64,000 bases of DNA from a virus: positions 6,800 through 70,799 of IMG/VR virus record IMGVR_UViG_3300044838_000071; one strand, 5' to 3'. Numbering within the stretch: the stretch's first letter is position 1; every line of letters begins with the position of its first letter. Below the pieces are notes generated by a model. That model searched no databases and was not told the DNA's origin. It saw nothing but the letters and a program-made list of their open reading frames with translations. This document shows, in pieces, positions 60,976 through 64,000 of the stretch. The translations under genes and the position numbers were made by a program.

Positions 60976-63814
60976 CGATTGGGTTGTAGCTGACTGTGCA
61001 CATGGGGTGAAGTTCCGGCACGAGCGCTGCCGCCTCGCTCAACGGTACGCGCTCGCCTCCCCGCTCGATGCAGGTCGCGTCACTCCTAGGCTCACCGAAG
61101 ATTCCGTCCATCACTTCGACCTCGTCGATGTGCGGATTCGAGTCGTACGCAGCGAGGGTCGCCAAGCGCTGGGCGTGCAGCGTTTCTGTCCGCGCGATCA
61201 GCCTCGCGCGGTACTGCGGCCCGGCGTGCACGAAGCGCCCGGCCGGGACCATGCCACGGATCCGCTGCGCGGTGCGCTCGGGGTTATCGCCGGCGCGGAA
61301 GCCCGCGTCGACCGCCTGGAAGATCGCCTCGCGGATCTGCGGTTCGATGTCGGGCAGGCGCAGATGGCGGCCGGCCTCGCCTTCGAGCGCCGCCACGGCC
61401 TCGGAGGCGATCCGCGTCTCGGAGCCCACCTCGGCCTGCAGCACGCGCTGCGTGTCGCCGGCGACACGTGCGGCGTGGTTGCGCAGCAGCGGCAGCAGAT
61501 GGTCATCGACCCAGCGCTTGAGGTTCAGCGACGCCATCACGCGACGCACGACCGGTCCTATCTCGGGTTTGCGCGCCTTGTAGACCGCGCTCAGGTACGC
61601 AGTCGCGGCGTCTTCGCCAAGGCGGTGCAGCGCGCCCTGCATCTCCTGCTCAAGACCGAGCGCCAGCACCCTCGCGCGGTCGGCGAGCTGCGGCGTCACC
61701 GACACCACGCCTTTTGGGCGAGCATCATCCGCCTTGCGCACACCCGTCAGCGGGAAGCGGGAGACCTCGTCGCCGAGCACCAGCGCGATCTCGCCGAACG
61801 CCAGCGGCTCGTTGTTGACATCCGCGTCGAGATCGTCGTAGGCGAGCGTGATGTGCGGCGTGAAGCCGTGCGCCGTGTCGGGCGCGAAGCCGGCGTGCTC
61901 GAGCGCCTGCACCAGCCGCTCGCGCGCCTGCGGCAACGTCGGCGCGTCGACGCTCGCGTACGTCACCGGTTCGGGCCCGGCGGTGAAGTGCCCCACGCCG
62001 GAGATCGCGCCGGCCAGCGGCGCGCACGACGCCGCGAAGCCCTCGATCACGCTGCGCAGCCGGTCGGGGTCTTCGATCGCCGCAGCGTCGCCGAGGTAGG
62101 CGAGCGTCACGTGCAGCTCGTCTGCCGGTTCTCCGCCGGGCTGTGCGAGGCTCGCAGCGACCTCGGGGGCCGGGTACAGGGCGACCATCGCCCCGGAGGT
62201 GTGGTCGGCCTTGGACAGCGGCTGCGGCGCCTTGCCCATCAGGATCGGCTGGCCGCTCGTGGGGCACACCGCGCAGTGCGTCAGCGCCGGTTCTGAGCCC
62301 TGCTCGACGGGCCTGCTCAGCGGCACGAAGGTGAGGCCCTTGTGGTCCTCGCCGCAGCGCGCGCAGTTGCCGATGTCGCTGGTGATCGTGGCGCCCTGCG
62401 CCTTGTGGACGTTCTCCGTCGATTCGCCGGGGAAGTTCAACGGCAGCCCGACCTCGCCGAAGAGCTGTTCCAGCATCTCGTGGTTCTCGTCCCACGGGAT
62501 CTGCACGCCGGCCGCGGCCAGGTGGTAGAAGAGGTTGCCGATCTTTTCGATGTCGATCCGGCCCGCGCTCGAGTGCTTGATGCGCGGCATGTCCTTCACA
62601 GTGAAGCCGTTGACCCGCATCAGCCGCGGGATCGCGTAGCGGTTCATCGTCTCGCAGAGCATGTCGAGGACCGCGTCGACGGCGATCCCGAACAGCTGCG
62701 CCTTGACGTCGACCATCGCGTAGCTGCCCATGTTGTCGAGCCCGACGTGGATGAAGTCCGACAGCACCGAGCTCGCGATTTCCTGGCGGTAGCGGCGGAT
62801 CACCTCGTCGGTGTCGACCTGACGCGCGCCGCCGCTTTTCATCAGCTCGAGTTCCCAGCCGAACGGCAGCACGACGCCCTGCTGCTCGTCTTTTTCGATC
62901 GACGAGACAAGCTCTTCGGCGCGCTCCAGGATCTCTTTGTTCTCGGGGGCGAAGATGTCCAGACCCTCGGGCGCCGTCAGCTTCGGGATGCCCGTCAGGT
63001 CGCGCGAGATGCCGATCGCCTCGTCGGTCTGGATGTTCTTCATGTAGTAGAAGGATTCGTAGGCGTTGCGCAGGATCGAGCGGCCCTCAGGGTTGCCGCG
63101 CGTCGCCTTGGTGCGGAACAGCAGCGCCTTCTCGATCGGGATGATGTGGCGGCCGCCGTGCCCGTCGATCTGTTCCATCGCGCGCAGCCCCGCGTAGCCG
63201 ACGAACTCCCAGCGCTGCAGCGTCTCCTGCGCGCGGATCGGCAGCTTGCGCCAGCCGACCAAGCCGTCGTCGAACTTCGAGGACGCCGGCGAGTCGTCTT
63301 CCTCGGTCATCGGCGTCTCTTCGGCGTCGGCCTCCACCAGCGGCTGCTCGCCCAGACGCCGCTTGAGCACTTCCTCGTGCAGCGCCCAGCCGTACGGGAG
63401 CATCGACAGCGCTTCGCTGACGAAGTCGCCCCACGTGTGCGACATGTCGTGCATGCAGCCGTCGACGAACTCCGTCGCGCGCAGGCCGGGCACGACCTCC
63501 TCGTCGCTGCCCTCCACGCGCCACGTCGACTGGCGCGCAAGCATCTCGATCGCGAACATGATCGCGCCGACGACGCTTGAGTTGTCGAGCATTTCGCGGT
63601 AGGCGAACGCCGCGCGTTTGCCCGCGAGCTTGCGCAGCCACTCCTCGAGCACGAACCCGCCGTACTGCTTCAGGCCGGTCGTGCCGATCTCCGAGAACGG
63701 GTCCGGCGCCACCGAGCGCTGGCGCGCGAACAGGCGCCCGTCGCGTGTCGTCATCGCGCCCGCAGCCTGTGTCGGCACGGGCGGGGCGCTGCCGTTGCTT
63801 GTCGCTGACGCCAT
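60941..63814 (-). CDS. portal protein fused to Zn-ribbon, 2H phosphoesterase and MuF-like head morphogenesis domains
   Basis: EIGTTGL...NPEGRSILRNAY portal; HVTLAY (62113) and HITLAY (61855); RARLIARTET...HPMC MuF. Confidence 0.88.
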   Translation of the reverse strand: MASATSNGSAPPVPTQAAGAMTTRDGRLFARQRSVAPDPFSEIGTTGLKQYGGFVLEEWLRKLAGKRAAFAYREMLDNSSVVGAIMFAIEMLARQSTWRVEGSDEEVVPGLRATEFVDGCMHDMSHTWGDFVSEALSMLPYGWALHEEVLKRRLGEQPLVEADAEETPMTEEDDSPASSKFDDGLVGWRKLPIRAQETLQRWEFVGYAGLRAMEQIDGHGGRHIIPIEKALLFRTKATRGNPEGRSILRNAYESFYYMKNIQTDEAIGISRDLTGIPKLTAPEGLDIFAPENKEILERAEELVSSIEKDEQQGVVLPFGWELELMKSGGARQVDTDEVIRRYRQEIASSVLSDFIHVGLDNMGSYAMVDVKAQLFGIAVDAVLDMLCETMNRYAIPRLMRVNGFTVKDMPRIKHSSAGRIDIEKIGNLFYHLAAAGVQIPWDENHEMLEQLFGEVGLPLNFPGESTENVHKAQGATITSDIGNCARCGEDHKGLTFVPLSRPVEQGSEPALTHCAVCPTSGQPILMGKAPQPLSKADHTSGAMVALYPAPEVAASLAQPGGEPADELHVTLAYLGDAAAIEDPDRLRSVIEGFAASCAPLAGAISGVGHFTAGPEPVTYASVDAPTLPQARERLVQALEHAGFAPDTAHGFTPHITLAYDDLDADVNNEPLAFGEIALVLGDEVSRFPLTGVRKADDARPKGVVSVTPQLADRARVLALGLEQEMQGALHRLGEDAATAYLSAVYKARKPEIGPVVRRVMASLNLKRWVDDHLLPLLRNHAARVAGDTQRVLQAEVGSETRIASEAVAALEGEAGRHLRLPDIEPQIREAIFQAVDAGFRAGDNPERTAQRIRGMVPAGRFVHAGPQYRARLIARTETLHAQRLATLAAYDSNPHIDEVEVMDGIFGEPRSDATCIERGGERVPLSEAAALVPELHPMCTVSYNPIVSRRAVVPASA

Positions 63815-63884
63815 GCGCCTCCTTTCGTAGCTGGGACGCCTGCCCGATGAGCTCCGGCCGGGGCAGGCCCACTAACCTGTTCCC

Positions 63885-64000
63885 ATGGCCTATGCCGACT
63901 CCAACGAACAGCGCGAGTATCAGCGACGCTGGATAGCGGGCCGTCGGGCCGAGTACCTCAGCGACAAGCGATGCGTTGACTGCGGCGCGACTGAGGATCT
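63885..64000 (+). CDS. probable HNH endonuclease, 3'-truncated by window edge
   Basis: MAYADSNEQREYQRRW...CVDCGATED; TAACCT-N6-ATG leaderless. Confidence 0.6.
   Translation, partial: MAYADSNEQREYQRRWIAGRRAEYLSDKRCVDCGATED

Noticed and set aside
1-64000. Reverse transcriptase, DGR, retron or IS element
   Set aside because: No RT, transposase or template/variable repeat pair recognised in the ORF track or by eye.
1-64000. Stop-codon reassignment
   Set aside because: Recognisable genes are uninterrupted and end at TGA, TAG or TAA in the standard code.

Overview
The window is an internal 64-kb segment of a very GC-rich tailed (siphovirus-like) phage or prophage. The host is probably an actinobacterium; this is inferred from composition, leaderless starts and gene families only. 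No integrase, repressor, att site or terminase is visible. Layout: a leftward early/replication arm (461-11361; ASCH proteins, HTH proteins, DNA methyltransferase); a rightward recombination/accessory arm (11501-21875; Rad52-like annealase, Cas4/AddB-like nuclease, J-domain protein, RusA); and a long leftward late region (22045-63814). The late region runs portal fusion, fibre proteins, XkdF protease, glycosyl/methyltransferases, scaffold, capsid, GroES, tail, tape measure, lysis and envelope genes. About nine free-standing endonuclease genes and two antisense tRNA-Ser genes are interspersed. The most unusual signals are: (1) virion-surface and secreted proteins are Asp-poor and Glu/Lys-rich and encode those residues mostly as GAA/AAA, while cytoplasmic genes and the catalytic/conserved Glu checked use GAG/AAG; (2) a portal-Zn ribbon-2H phosphoesterase-MuF fusion with K-A sites at its domain joints, next to a protease whose long isoform begins with a mimic of the capsid protein N-terminus; (3) five copies of a transcription-oriented AGCCCGG-N3-AGCCCGG operator-like motif; (4) three genes with handicapped initiation (ATT start, ATC start, and a -1 slippery site at codons 2-4); (5) an 8/4-fold tRNA-Ser. 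All family assignments are by-eye motif recognition, not database searches.
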